A stretch of 49,726 nucleotides of DNA from NCBI GenBank assembly GCA_002307015.1, contig DBTK01000115.1, positions 675 through 50,400 on the forward strand, given 5' to 3'. Origin of the DNA: Spirochaetaceae bacterium UBA1318 (GTDB lineage: Bacteria > Spirochaetota > Spirochaetia > Treponematales > UBA1318). The translations under genes and the position numbers were made by a program. Positions 9,439-18,338 of this stretch are shown in pieces (within the stretch, counting starts at the first letter, position 1; each line of letters begins with the position of its first letter). The notes below the pieces were generated by a model, which was given only the letters and a program-made list of their open reading frames with translations, was not told the DNA's origin and made no database searches.

Positions 9439-11166
9439 ATGAATAAACGGACAAGATTTCTTATTATTTTGGTCGTCATCGGCGTCTGCTTTGCCTTCCT
9501 CTGGCCGACCGTTCAATGGTACATGATCGTGAAACCCGAGCAGCAGGCCTTGGCTCTCGGTTCCCGCGAGCAGATCAAGGATTACGCGACCCGGATGGCT
9601 TCCACGGAGCTGAAGGCCCTCAAGGACCTCGCCGTTTCGAAGCCCGATGCGCCGATCGTCGGCGATTTCGGGTTCCTGATCGACAAAGCGAAAGCCAACT
9701 ACAGGACCTCCAAGCGGCCCTTCCCCGGCGTCTGGTCGGCAAAGGCCGTCCTTTCGGCCTTCGCGACCGAAAAAGAGGCCTTCGACCTTATCGAAGGCCA
9801 CTATCGATCGACGATCCTGGACCTCAAGGCCCTCCACGGCAGCGCCGTCCAGCTGGGCCTCGACCTTTCGGGAGGCATGAGCGTCATCATTCAGGCCAAC
9901 CTCGACAGCGTCAAGCAGAGGCTGGGACACGACCTCTCGGCCGCCGAGAAGCAGGACGCCATGAACCGGGCCATCGAAATCCTGAAGAGCCGGATCGACA
10001 AGTTCGGCCTCACCGAACCGGTCATCAGGCAGCAGGGCGAAACCCAGATCTACGTCGAGATCCCCGGTGCGGCCGATCCCGAACGGATCAAGTCGATCAT
10101 CATGGGCAAGGGAAATCTGTCCTTCCATATCGTCGACGACGACGCGACCGCCAAGTTCCTCGAGTACTATAACCAGCACCCGACCGACACCTTCGACGCC
10201 AACGGCAACGTGATCGACCCGAACATCGTTCCGGTCTCGGACGTCGTCCGCGGTTTCTACACGAAGGACAAATACGGCCTGGACGAGTTCACCAGGTACA
10301 TGGTCATCCAGAAGGAGGTCGGCCTGGACGGCAACCACATCCAGAGCGCGACCACCAACCGTGACTCCATCACGCAGCAGCCCGAGGTCAACTTCCAGCT
10401 CGACAAACAGGGCGGCGAGATGTTCTACAAGCTCACCGGCGCCAACGTGAACAAGACCCTCTGCGTCGTCATGGACGACAAGGTCAGAAGCGGGGCCCGT
10501 ATCCAGGAGCCGATCCGCGATTCGGTCCGGATCACCGGGTTCAATACCGATGACGCGACCAACCTCGCCCTGATCCTCCGCAGCGCGGCCCTCCCCGTCG
10601 AGCTCGATGTCGTGAACCAGTCGGCCATCGGCTCGACCCTCGGTGAGGATGCGATCCGCCAGGGCCTCCAGGCGGTCACCATCGCCTTCGTCCTGGTCAT
10701 TGGCTTCATGCTCCTCTACTACCTCGGCTCGGGCATCAACGCGGCCCTCGCCCAGCTCCTGAACCTGTACATGATGTTCGCCGTCCTTTCGGCCTTCAGC
10801 CTGACCCTGACCCTGCCGACCATAGCCGGCTTCGTCCTGACGATCGGTATGTCGGTCGACGCGAACGTGCTTATCTTCGAGCGAATGAAGGAAGAGATGA
10901 GGCTCGGGAAGGGCAGGAAGTCCGTCATCGACGCAGGGTTCCACCATGCCTTCTGGACGATCTTCGATTCGCACACGACGACCTTGATCGCCGCCCTTTT
11001 CCTGTCCCAGCTCGGAACCGGCCCGATCCAGGGCTTCGCGGTCAGTCTCGCCATCGGTACGCTCAGCTCGCTGTTCACCGCCCTCGTCGTATCGCGGCTC
11101 CTGTTCGACTTCGAGACCGACGTACTGCATGTCAAAAAGGTCAGCATCAGCTGGAGGACGAAATGA
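9439..11166 (+). CDS. secD: Protein translocase subunit SecD
   Basis: LGLDLSGG, RIDKFGLTEP, LTLPTIAG, IGMSVDANVLIFER. Confidence 0.97.
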   Translation: MNKRTRFLIILVVIGVCFAFLWPTVQWYMIVKPEQQALALGSREQIKDYATRMASTELKALKDLAVSKPDAPIVGDFGFLIDKAKANYRTSKRPFPGVWSAKAVLSAFATEKEAFDLIEGHYRSTILDLKALHGSAVQLGLDLSGGMSVIIQANLDSVKQRLGHDLSAAEKQDAMNRAIEILKSRIDKFGLTEPVIRQQGETQIYVEIPGAADPERIKSIIMGKGNLSFHIVDDDATAKFLEYYNQHPTDTFDANGNVIDPNIVPVSDVVRGFYTKDKYGLDEFTRYMVIQKEVGLDGNHIQSATTNRDSITQQPEVNFQLDKQGGEMFYKLTGANVNKTLCVVMDDKVRSGARIQEPIRDSVRITGFNTDDATNLALILRSAALPVELDVVNQSAIGSTLGEDAIRQGLQAVTIAFVLVIGFMLLYYLGSGINAALAQLLNLYMMFAVLSAFSLTLTLPTIAGFVLTIGMSVDANVLIFERMKEEMRLGKGRKSVIDAGFHHAFWTIFDSHTTTLIAALFLSQLGTGPIQGFAVSLAIGTLSSLFTALVVSRLLFDFETDVLHVKKVSISWRTK

Positions 11167-12419
11167 AACGAGTCATTCACTTCACGAGATCGTTCAAGGT
11201 AACGGTCCCGATTTCCATCATCCTGATCATCCTCGGCCTCGTAGGCTGGGCTTTCAAGGGTTTCAACAACGGCGTCGATTTTCAGGCGGGTCTCAATACC
11301 TCGGTCCAGATCGTTCCGCAGGCGATAGGTTTGACCTACGCGGGCCAGGATACCTACCGGCTTTCGATGACCAAGCAGAGCATCAGTATCCTGATCCAGA
11401 AGCGGAACGGAGAGAGCAAGAACTATCCGTTCACCTTCGCCCAGTATCCGACGGTGAAGTCCCTCTCGGATGGGCTTAAGACGGTCCCGGACCTCCAGGT
11501 TCAGCAGATCGCCAAGGACGAGGTTCCCTCGACGAAGCTGATCTCCTCCACCCAGAAGGATCCGGTGATCGCCCAGACGCCGATCTACGTCCATAACGAG
11601 CTTGTGTCGAAAGACGAGATTTTCGCCCCGATCGCGAAGGTGAGGGAAGCGACCGCGAGCCTCGGGTCGGCCTCCATCCAGAGCGTCGGAGATCCCCTGA
11701 ACCAGGAGTTCATGGTCCGAATCGAAGACCCGGGCAAGGATCCCCAGTTTTCGAAGACGATCACCGCCAAACTGGTTACCGCCCTCGAGGGCCAGTTCGG
11801 GGCCGAGAAGGTGGTCGTCAACCGGACCGATTTCGTCGGCGCCGCCTTCTCCAAGGATCTCGTCCGGAGCGCGCTCTGGCTGACCATCGCGACCTTCGCA
11901 CTGATCCTGATCTACTGCGCCTTCCGGTTCCGGATCGACTACGCGGTCGGCGCCATCCTTTCGGTCATCCACGACGCCCTCATCATGGTGTGCTTCATCG
12001 TGTGGACCAGGATGGAGTTCGATACCCAGACGATCGCGGCCATCCTGACCATCATCGGGTATTCCATCATGGACACGATCGTCATCTACGACCGGATCAG
12101 GGAAAAGCAGAAGATGCTGCCTGATGCCTCCTTCAAGGATTGCCTGGACATGGGCGTAACCGAGACCCTGAGTCGGACCATCATCACCTCGGGAACCACG
12201 CTGCTTTCGGTTCTCGCCCTGATGCTCTTTACGACGGGAAGCCTCAAGAACTTCGCCATCGCCCTGTTCGTCGGCATCATTTCCGGTACCTACTCGTCGA
12301 CCTTCATCGCGAGCGCCTTCGTGGAATGGTGGCGTCACCTTGAGTCGAAACATGAGAAAAAGGGCCAGGGAAAGAACGTACGGATTCCGGCCATCAAGCC
12401 GAAGCAGACCGAAGCCTAA
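11163..12419 (+). CDS. secF: Protein translocase subunit SecF
   Basis: GVDFQAG, HD, IGYSIMDTIVIYDRIRE, GTYSSTFIA. ATGA overlap with secD. Confidence 0.97.
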   Translation: MKRVIHFTRSFKVTVPISIILIILGLVGWAFKGFNNGVDFQAGLNTSVQIVPQAIGLTYAGQDTYRLSMTKQSISILIQKRNGESKNYPFTFAQYPTVKSLSDGLKTVPDLQVQQIAKDEVPSTKLISSTQKDPVIAQTPIYVHNELVSKDEIFAPIAKVREATASLGSASIQSVGDPLNQEFMVRIEDPGKDPQFSKTITAKLVTALEGQFGAEKVVVNRTDFVGAAFSKDLVRSALWLTIATFALILIYCAFRFRIDYAVGAILSVIHDALIMVCFIVWTRMEFDTQTIAAILTIIGYSIMDTIVIYDRIREKQKMLPDASFKDCLDMGVTETLSRTIITSGTTLLSVLALMLFTTGSLKNFAIALFVGIISGTYSSTFIASAFVEWWRHLESKHEKKGQGKNVRIPAIKPKQTEA

Positions 12420-12435
12420 AAAAAAGACCGTGATG

Positions 12436-12462
12436 AAGCCGCCCGAAAGGGCGGCTTTTTTT
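12436..12462 (+). terminator. Rho-independent terminator after secF
   Basis: AAGCCGCCC-GAAA-GGGCGGCTT followed by a T-tract. Confidence 0.9.
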
Positions 12463-12750
12463 ATCCCTTCAGGCTTGCATTCTCGTCCCTGTCTTCGCGG
12501 CAGTAATTTCCCCATCGGCGGGGAATGGTAGAAAATTCTCAAACGATACTGAAAAATTATGGTTCGATACTATAAAAAAAACTGTATGACTAGCAGTAAT
12601 TCGTTCCGATAGAAAGAATAAGATCAAAAAAAATAAAAGAATAATGTTATCAAGAATTTAATCAATATGGTCTGATGTTTGCTTTAATTGTATATCGCCT
12701 TAATAAGGAGGGGGGTGAGAGATGGGAGATAATTGTTATAATCGTTCTGC

Positions 12751-12779
12751 TTGATTTAATTTGTGAGTCATTGTATTGT
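12751..12779 (+). promoter_or_regulatory. Putative promoter of the tetR-family gene
   Basis: TTGATT-17 bp-TATTGT with a TG extension, in AT-rich DNA. Confidence 0.4.
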
Positions 12780-12806
12780 GTAAACAACCGTTAATACGGA
12801 GGTGAT

Positions 12807-13448
12807 ATGGAATATACAAAGAAACAGCAAAAAATTCTCGATGCCACTATAGATATTATTATGCGCGAAGGAATCGACAAGATTACGACGAGAAGGATCG
12901 CGAAGGAACTGAAGATAACCGATCCGGCCCTCTATAACCATTTCGAGAGCAAGGACGATATCCTCGCTGCCGTCTGCACGGAAGCCCTGGAAAAGTACGA
13001 GGGTGTGTGGGAACAGATCGACCTTCTGGAAGGCCGTGGCCTCGAACGCATTCGACAGATTTTCCTCTCCTGGTGCAAGAACCAGGACCAGAATCCCCGT
13101 ATCAGCTACATCCAGAAGAACGCAGAGGTGCTGTTCCGCGGTTTACCGGAGCTTACGGGAAAGTTCGTCGAGTATGCCAAAAGAGATCAGGAATTCATCG
13201 TCACCCTGGTGCGGGAAGCCCAGCGATTGGGCGAGGTGAGAGACGACATGGACCCCAAGGACATCATGCTCGTCATGGTCGGCGCCTTCGGCCTCTCGTT
13301 CACGAAGTGGCTGACGAACGGATTTTCCTACAGCCTGTACGAACAGGGCAAGCATGTCTGGCTCGCTCTCAATGCCCTTATCAATCCCTATGCGGGGGTT
13401 AAGAAAGTCGTCTCGGGAGAGCCTGCCTCCGTCGTATTGAAGTTATAG
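12807..13448 (+). CDS. TetR/AcrR family transcriptional regulator
   Basis: N-terminal HTH ILDATIDII..EGIDKITTRRIAKELKITDPALYNHFESKDDIL. GGAGG RBS. Confidence 0.93.
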   Translation: MEYTKKQQKILDATIDIIMREGIDKITTRRIAKELKITDPALYNHFESKDDILAAVCTEALEKYEGVWEQIDLLEGRGLERIRQIFLSWCKNQDQNPRISYIQKNAEVLFRGLPELTGKFVEYAKRDQEFIVTLVREAQRLGEVRDDMDPKDIMLVMVGAFGLSFTKWLTNGFSYSLYEQGKHVWLALNALINPYAGVKKVVSGEPASVVLKL

Positions 13449-13465
13449 GACGCATCGGGTACAAT
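13437..13465 (+). promoter_or_regulatory. sigma70-type promoter of the XPB operon
   Basis: TTGAAG-17 bp-TACAAT, ending 8 nt before the ATG. Confidence 0.6.
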
Positions 13466-13473
13466 GACCGGAT

Positions 13474-15153
13474 ATGCCGGTTTCCCCCGATAACCCCTTA
13501 ATTATTCAAGGCGATACAACCATCCTGCTCGATGTTCATGCGGCGGCATTCGAGCAGGCGCGATCCGCGATAACCCCCTTCGCGGAACTCGAGAAATCGC
13601 CCGAACATATCCATACCTACCGACTTTCGCCTCTTTCGCTCTGGAACGCGGCCTCCGCCGGCATGACGGCCGACGATATCGTCAAGAGGCTCGAGGAATT
13701 CGCCCGGTATCCGGTACCGGAGTTCATCAAGTACTCGATCGGCGATACGGTGAGCCGTTTCGGTAAACTGACGATGCGCGCCGCGGATGACGGGGTGGGG
13801 CTCTTTCTCGCGGTGAACGATGTCGCCATCAGGGCCGAGCTGCTCAAACAGCGCAAGGTCGCCAAGTACCTGAGCGAGCGCGAGGGGGGATTCTACCTTC
13901 CCCTCGTCCATCGGGGCACGGTCAAGCAGGAACTCGTAAAGCTCGGTTTTCCCGTCAAGGACGAGGCACCCATCGCCGTCGGGGAACCTCTCGAGTTTTC
14001 CCTCCGGCCAGAGTGCGCGAGCGGCAAGCCCTTTTCCGTCCGGGATTACCAGTCGGACGCGGCGCGATCATTCATCGGGGACATGATGCCGGGGGCGGGC
14101 TTCGGCACGGTCGTCCTTCCCTGCGGGTCGGGAAAGACGATCGTCGGTATGGCCATCATGGCCATGCTCAAGATGAAGACCCTGATCGTCACGACGAACG
14201 TCGCGGCCGTCCATCAGTGGATGGCCGAACTCCTGGACAAGACCACCCTGACCATGGACGAGATCGGCGAGTATTCCGGCGATCGGAAGGAAATCAAGCC
14301 GGTAACCGTGGCGACCTACCAGATCCTGACCTGGCGCGGCGCCGAGGATGACGAGTATCCCCACTTCAAGGTGTTCAGGGCGGCCGGCTGGGGCCTCATC
14401 GTCTACGACGAGGTCCACATGCTTCCGGCCCCCATTTTCAGGGTGACCGCCGAGATCCAGTCCATGAGACGGCTTGGCCTGACGGCGACCCTCGTTCGCG
14501 AGGACGGAAGGGAGGACGAGGTGTTCAGCCTCGTCGGTCCCAAGCGCTACGACGTGCCCTGGAAGGAACTCGAGGCGAAGGGCTGGATCGCCGAGGCCGT
14601 CTGCAGGGAGATCCGCATCGACCTGCCCGAGGACCTGCGCGTGCCCTACGCCGTGGCCGAAAAACGGCACAAGCACCGCCTCGCGAGCGAGAATCCGCTC
14701 AAGCCGGCGATCGTCCGTCAGCTCGTCGCCAGGCACGCCGACGACCAGATCCTGATCATCGGCCAGTACCTCAAGCAGCTCGACGAGATCGCCAACGACC
14801 TCAACGCGCCCCTCATCACGGGCCAGACCCCGAATCCCGTGCGCGAGACGATCTACGCAGCCTTCCGAGAGGGAAAGGAGAGGGTCATCGTGGTCTCCAA
14901 GGTCGCGAACTTCGCCATCGACCTTCCCGACGCCTCGGTCGCCATCCAGATCTCGGGGAGCTTCGGCTCCAGGCAGGAGGAGGCCCAGCGTCTCGGCCGG
15001 ATCCTGAGGCCGAAGGATCGCTCGTCCTTTTTCTACTCGGTCGTGAGCCGGTATACGGTGGAAGAGACATTTTCGGCCAACAGACAGAAATTTTTGACGG
15101 AACAGGGCTATAAGTATCGAATTGAGGAATGGGAAGCGGGAGATCTTATATGA
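13474..15153 (+). CDS. DNA repair helicase, XPB/Rad25 family
   Basis: N-terminal AELEKSPEHIHTYRLSPLSLWNAAS, Walker A LPCGSGKT, DEVH, GLTAT and QRLGRILR. Confidence 0.93.
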   Translation: MPVSPDNPLIIQGDTTILLDVHAAAFEQARSAITPFAELEKSPEHIHTYRLSPLSLWNAASAGMTADDIVKRLEEFARYPVPEFIKYSIGDTVSRFGKLTMRAADDGVGLFLAVNDVAIRAELLKQRKVAKYLSEREGGFYLPLVHRGTVKQELVKLGFPVKDEAPIAVGEPLEFSLRPECASGKPFSVRDYQSDAARSFIGDMMPGAGFGTVVLPCGSGKTIVGMAIMAMLKMKTLIVTTNVAAVHQWMAELLDKTTLTMDEIGEYSGDRKEIKPVTVATYQILTWRGAEDDEYPHFKVFRAAGWGLIVYDEVHMLPAPIFRVTAEIQSMRRLGLTATLVREDGREDEVFSLVGPKRYDVPWKELEAKGWIAEAVCREIRIDLPEDLRVPYAVAEKRHKHRLASENPLKPAIVRQLVARHADDQILIIGQYLKQLDEIANDLNAPLITGQTPNPVRETIYAAFREGKERVIVVSKVANFAIDLPDASVAIQISGSFGSRQEEAQRLGRILRPKDRSSFFYSVVSRYTVEETFSANRQKFLTEQGYKYRIEEWEAGDLI

Positions 15154-17351
15154 GCAACATAGACCGATGGCGAGAGGCCTTGCTCAAGCTGCCTGACGCA
15201 AGCTTTTTCGAGCTACTCAGAAACTACCTTGGCGAGATCAAGACTCCGTTCAACAAACACGACCTTCTCAGGCAGCTGACCGCCTTCCTGAACCGGCGGG
15301 ACACGCGCGACGCGGTGTTCGCCATGATCGACCGTGAGGACGCCGTCCTTCTCTCCGCCGTCGCCCTTCTGGACCGGCCCACGCCGAGAGCCATCTCCCT
15401 GGTGTTCGAGGACGAGAAAAACTACGTCGAACTGCACATGAAGCTCGTGAACCTGGCCGAGCGCCTCCTCGTCTTCAGGGACCCGGACGACGCCGCCGGA
15501 CGAATCTGGCTCAATCCCCTGTTCGAGCCCGACCTCCTCGATCATGTCATCGATCCGGAGCTCCTCATCAAGAAACGGGAATCCGAACCGACGAAGGCCC
15601 GGCGGGCCCTCTTCAGCGACGCATCGATCGGGGCCTTCGCCTCTTTTTTCAGGGAGAGGCCCGACGCCATCAAGGCCGACGGCGGCATCAAGCGCAAGGC
15701 CGCCGAGTATGCCACCTCGAGGTTCGGCTTTTCCGGCGCCGACGCCTCGGAAACGGCGATAGATCTCGCCGCCAAGGCCTTCAAGGCCAGCGGAGCCCTG
15801 AATTTCACCTCCGGCGAGGCCGAGATCGATTTCGAGCGGCTCGAGGTCCTGTCCCGGCTCAGCGAGGAGAGGCGAGCCATCGTCCTCTCGTTCCGCGCCG
15901 GCGGAATCACCGAGAGGCTCATCGAGTCGGCCGCCGACGTCGCGCAGCGCGCCATATCCGCACTTTCGCCCGCGGGTCCGGCCGCAGCCGCAGGATCGGC
16001 CGCAGCCTCGGGACCCGTCGCGGGAGCATCTGCTGCTCCGGGCCAGCCCGCATCAGCCGCTTCGCCCGCCTTCGCCTGCGACGAGGAATCCCTCCGCCGG
16101 CTTTTCGTCCTCGCCTCAGACGACGAGGAGATATGGCCCCTCGTCGGCTCGATGCGGGATGCCCTCGTCTCCGGCGGGGTCTTCGGGCTGGGATCCGACG
16201 GTTTCCTCGAGCCTGCCCCGCTTTCCCGCGCTTCCGCGGGCGAGAAGGGACCACCGAGCCCCGTCGTGATCCAGCCGACCTTCGCCGCCCTCGCTCCGCC
16301 GGGATTGTCCTACCGCGACGGGCTTTTTCTCGCAAAGGCCGCCCGCATCGTCAGGCTCGGGGCCTTCGCCGAGTACGAGATAACGAGGGATTCCGTCGTC
16401 AGGGCCTTCGTCGACGGCATGAGGGGGGTGAGGGAGGGATTCGAACGGCTCTCCGGTACGCCCCTTCCCGAGAACGTCGCCTTCATGCTCGAGAGCTGGT
16501 ACAAGGAATATCAATCGATCAGGCTCGATCGGGGGATCGTGCTCACCGTCACCGACCCCTTCAGGGCCGCCGTCGAGCACGCCGAGGGGATGGCCTCGCT
16601 GCTGAAACGCACCCTCGCACCCGGGGTCTACCTCGTGGACGAGGCCGACGAGAAGCGGCTCAAGGCCACCCTCGAAAAGGCCGGATTCGCCTGCGTCCTT
16701 CCCCCCGCCCATCACGGCGCCGTCAAGCCGACCGTCGTCCAGCCTTCCTCCCCGGGTCAGCCCGAAGAGGCGGGGATGCCCCCTCCCGATGCCAAGGCGG
16801 CCGGTCCGACCCTCTTTCCCCGGCAGGAAGCGGGTACCGACGCGGTCGGTGCGCCGGGAACCGTCGTTCCCCCTTCGCCCCTGCCCTCGGCGGGAACCTC
16901 GCTGCTCGCGACCATGACCCCCGGTCGATTCAGGGAAAGCGAGGATGGACCCGCCTTCCGCGCGAAGCTCGACCACGAGCTCGAGGCGATGAACCTGACC
17001 CGCGAGCAGGTCCAGGAGCTCCAGGCGCGCATGGACCGGAAACTCATTCTCGCCGACGACCAGCTGAGAAACGGCGCCGTCCGATCAGAGCGCCTCGAGG
17101 CCCGCGCGATGGATTTCGCCGGCAAGGTCAGGATCATCGAACAGGCCCTGAGCCGGGGCACCGACGCCCTCGAGGTTGTCTTCCGCGGTCCCCACGGCAT
17201 CCCCGAGCGCAGGCTCCTCGACCCCTCCGCCCTCGACCGGTCCGGCGGAGAGCTCATCCTTGCGGGTAAGGCCGTCCCCTCGGGGGATGACGTGAGGCTC
17301 TACGTCAGCAAGCTCAGCCTCGTTCGCCGTGTTCGCTCAAGTTTGATCTAG
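15150..17351 (+). CDS. XPB-associated protein (helicase-associated domain, C-terminal WYL-like domain)
   Basis: ATGA overlap with XPB. Helicase_C_3-like segment VVIQPTF...YEITRDSVVRAF...PLPENVAFMLESW. WYL-like C-terminus. Confidence 0.75.
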   Translation: MSNIDRWREALLKLPDASFFELLRNYLGEIKTPFNKHDLLRQLTAFLNRRDTRDAVFAMIDREDAVLLSAVALLDRPTPRAISLVFEDEKNYVELHMKLVNLAERLLVFRDPDDAAGRIWLNPLFEPDLLDHVIDPELLIKKRESEPTKARRALFSDASIGAFASFFRERPDAIKADGGIKRKAAEYATSRFGFSGADASETAIDLAAKAFKASGALNFTSGEAEIDFERLEVLSRLSEERRAIVLSFRAGGITERLIESAADVAQRAISALSPAGPAAAAGSAAASGPVAGASAAPGQPASAASPAFACDEESLRRLFVLASDDEEIWPLVGSMRDALVSGGVFGLGSDGFLEPAPLSRASAGEKGPPSPVVIQPTFAALAPPGLSYRDGLFLAKAARIVRLGAFAEYEITRDSVVRAFVDGMRGVREGFERLSGTPLPENVAFMLESWYKEYQSIRLDRGIVLTVTDPFRAAVEHAEGMASLLKRTLAPGVYLVDEADEKRLKATLEKAGFACVLPPAHHGAVKPTVVQPSSPGQPEEAGMPPPDAKAAGPTLFPRQEAGTDAVGAPGTVVPPSPLPSAGTSLLATMTPGRFRESEDGPAFRAKLDHELEAMNLTREQVQELQARMDRKLILADDQLRNGAVRSERLEARAMDFAGKVRIIEQALSRGTDALEVVFRGPHGIPERRLLDPSALDRSGGELILAGKAVPSGDDVRLYVSKLSLVRRVRSSLI

Positions 17352-17447
17352 TCTGATGGCGAGTCATCGCCATCAGCGGCTTTCTGGGCGGTTGCCGAAG
17401 GCGAAAGTCTTCGGGTAACCCGCTCGGGATGAGCCGGGGAGCTATCG

Positions 17448-18299
17448 ATGACCGATGATGTACTCACGTATTCGAACCATCGCCATGAACGAGAAGCGGG
17501 TTTCCTTGCCTACCCGGTCGTATCCAGGCGGAGCGAGGGGCTTTCCCTCGGCATCAACCTCTTCCCCGACAGGAAGCTGTGCAACTTCGATTGCCTCTAT
17601 TGCGAGGTCCTTCCCTTCGGAACCGACCAACGCTTCAGCCTCGAATCCCTCGAGGCCGAACTCGAAGACTTTTTCGATCGCCGGCTGAAACTTGAATTTT
17701 CGGACTATCCCCTCCGCGACATCACCTTCTCGGGCAACGGAGAGCCGACCCTTTCTCCCGATCTCGAGGCCGCCCTCGGGCTCTGCGCGCGAATCCGCCG
17801 GGACCGCGGCCTCACCGGGGTGAAGCTCGTCGTCATCACGAACTCGACGCGGCTCGACGACCCTGAAACGGCCGCGATGCTGGGCAATTTCGTCCGTACC
17901 GAGGGACTCGAGGTCTGGGCGAAACTCGACGCGGGGAGCGTCGAGCGCTACCTCGCGACCGACCGTTCCGCAATTCCCTTCCATCACATCCTCTCGGGCC
18001 TCGCCTCCTTCGGCAAGACCTGTCCCGTCGTCATCCAGACGATGGTTTCCCGTATCGAAGGAAAACCTTTCGACCCTCCGGAAATAAGGGCCTACGTCGA
18101 CCGGCTGCGCTGCCTTCGGTCAGTCGGCGCGAAAATCACCGGAATCCAGCTTTATACCAAGGCGAGGCCTTCGGGCCACGAGGGATCTGAAGCCGTTTCC
18201 GACGGGGAACTCGTCGCGATGGCCGAGATCGTCTTGCGGGAAGTTCCCGGCATCCCCGTAACAGTCTACGGGCAAAATGGCAGAATTCCTCTGGCGTAA
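17448..18299 (+). CDS. Radical SAM protein of unknown function (COG0731-like)
   Basis: YPVVSRRSEGLSLGINL, CNFDCLYC, ITFSGNGEPTL, ITNS and WAKLDAG. Confidence 0.88.
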   Translation: MTDDVLTYSNHRHEREAGFLAYPVVSRRSEGLSLGINLFPDRKLCNFDCLYCEVLPFGTDQRFSLESLEAELEDFFDRRLKLEFSDYPLRDITFSGNGEPTLSPDLEAALGLCARIRRDRGLTGVKLVVITNSTRLDDPETAAMLGNFVRTEGLEVWAKLDAGSVERYLATDRSAIPFHHILSGLASFGKTCPVVIQTMVSRIEGKPFDPPEIRAYVDRLRCLRSVGAKITGIQLYTKARPSGHEGSEAVSDGELVAMAEIVLREVPGIPVTVYGQNGRIPLA

Positions 18300-18338
18300 A
18301 CCGGTTTAGGGTCCTATACTACGAGGAAGGAGACAGCG

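Noticed and set aside
8989-12542. Long antisense ORFs over yajC-secD-secF, and similar ones across the window
   Set aside because: These are expected shadows of GC3-biased coding sequence and carry no recognisable motifs.
12704-12754. Strong SD (AAGGAGG) followed by 5-10 codon mini-ORFs upstream of tetR
   Set aside because: Too short to support, with no attenuator structure or informative codon run.
17448-18299. Second radical SAM gene as part of the Cys-repeat system
   Set aside because: It lies more than 6 kb away, is separated by unrelated genes, and lacks SPASM and RRE domains.
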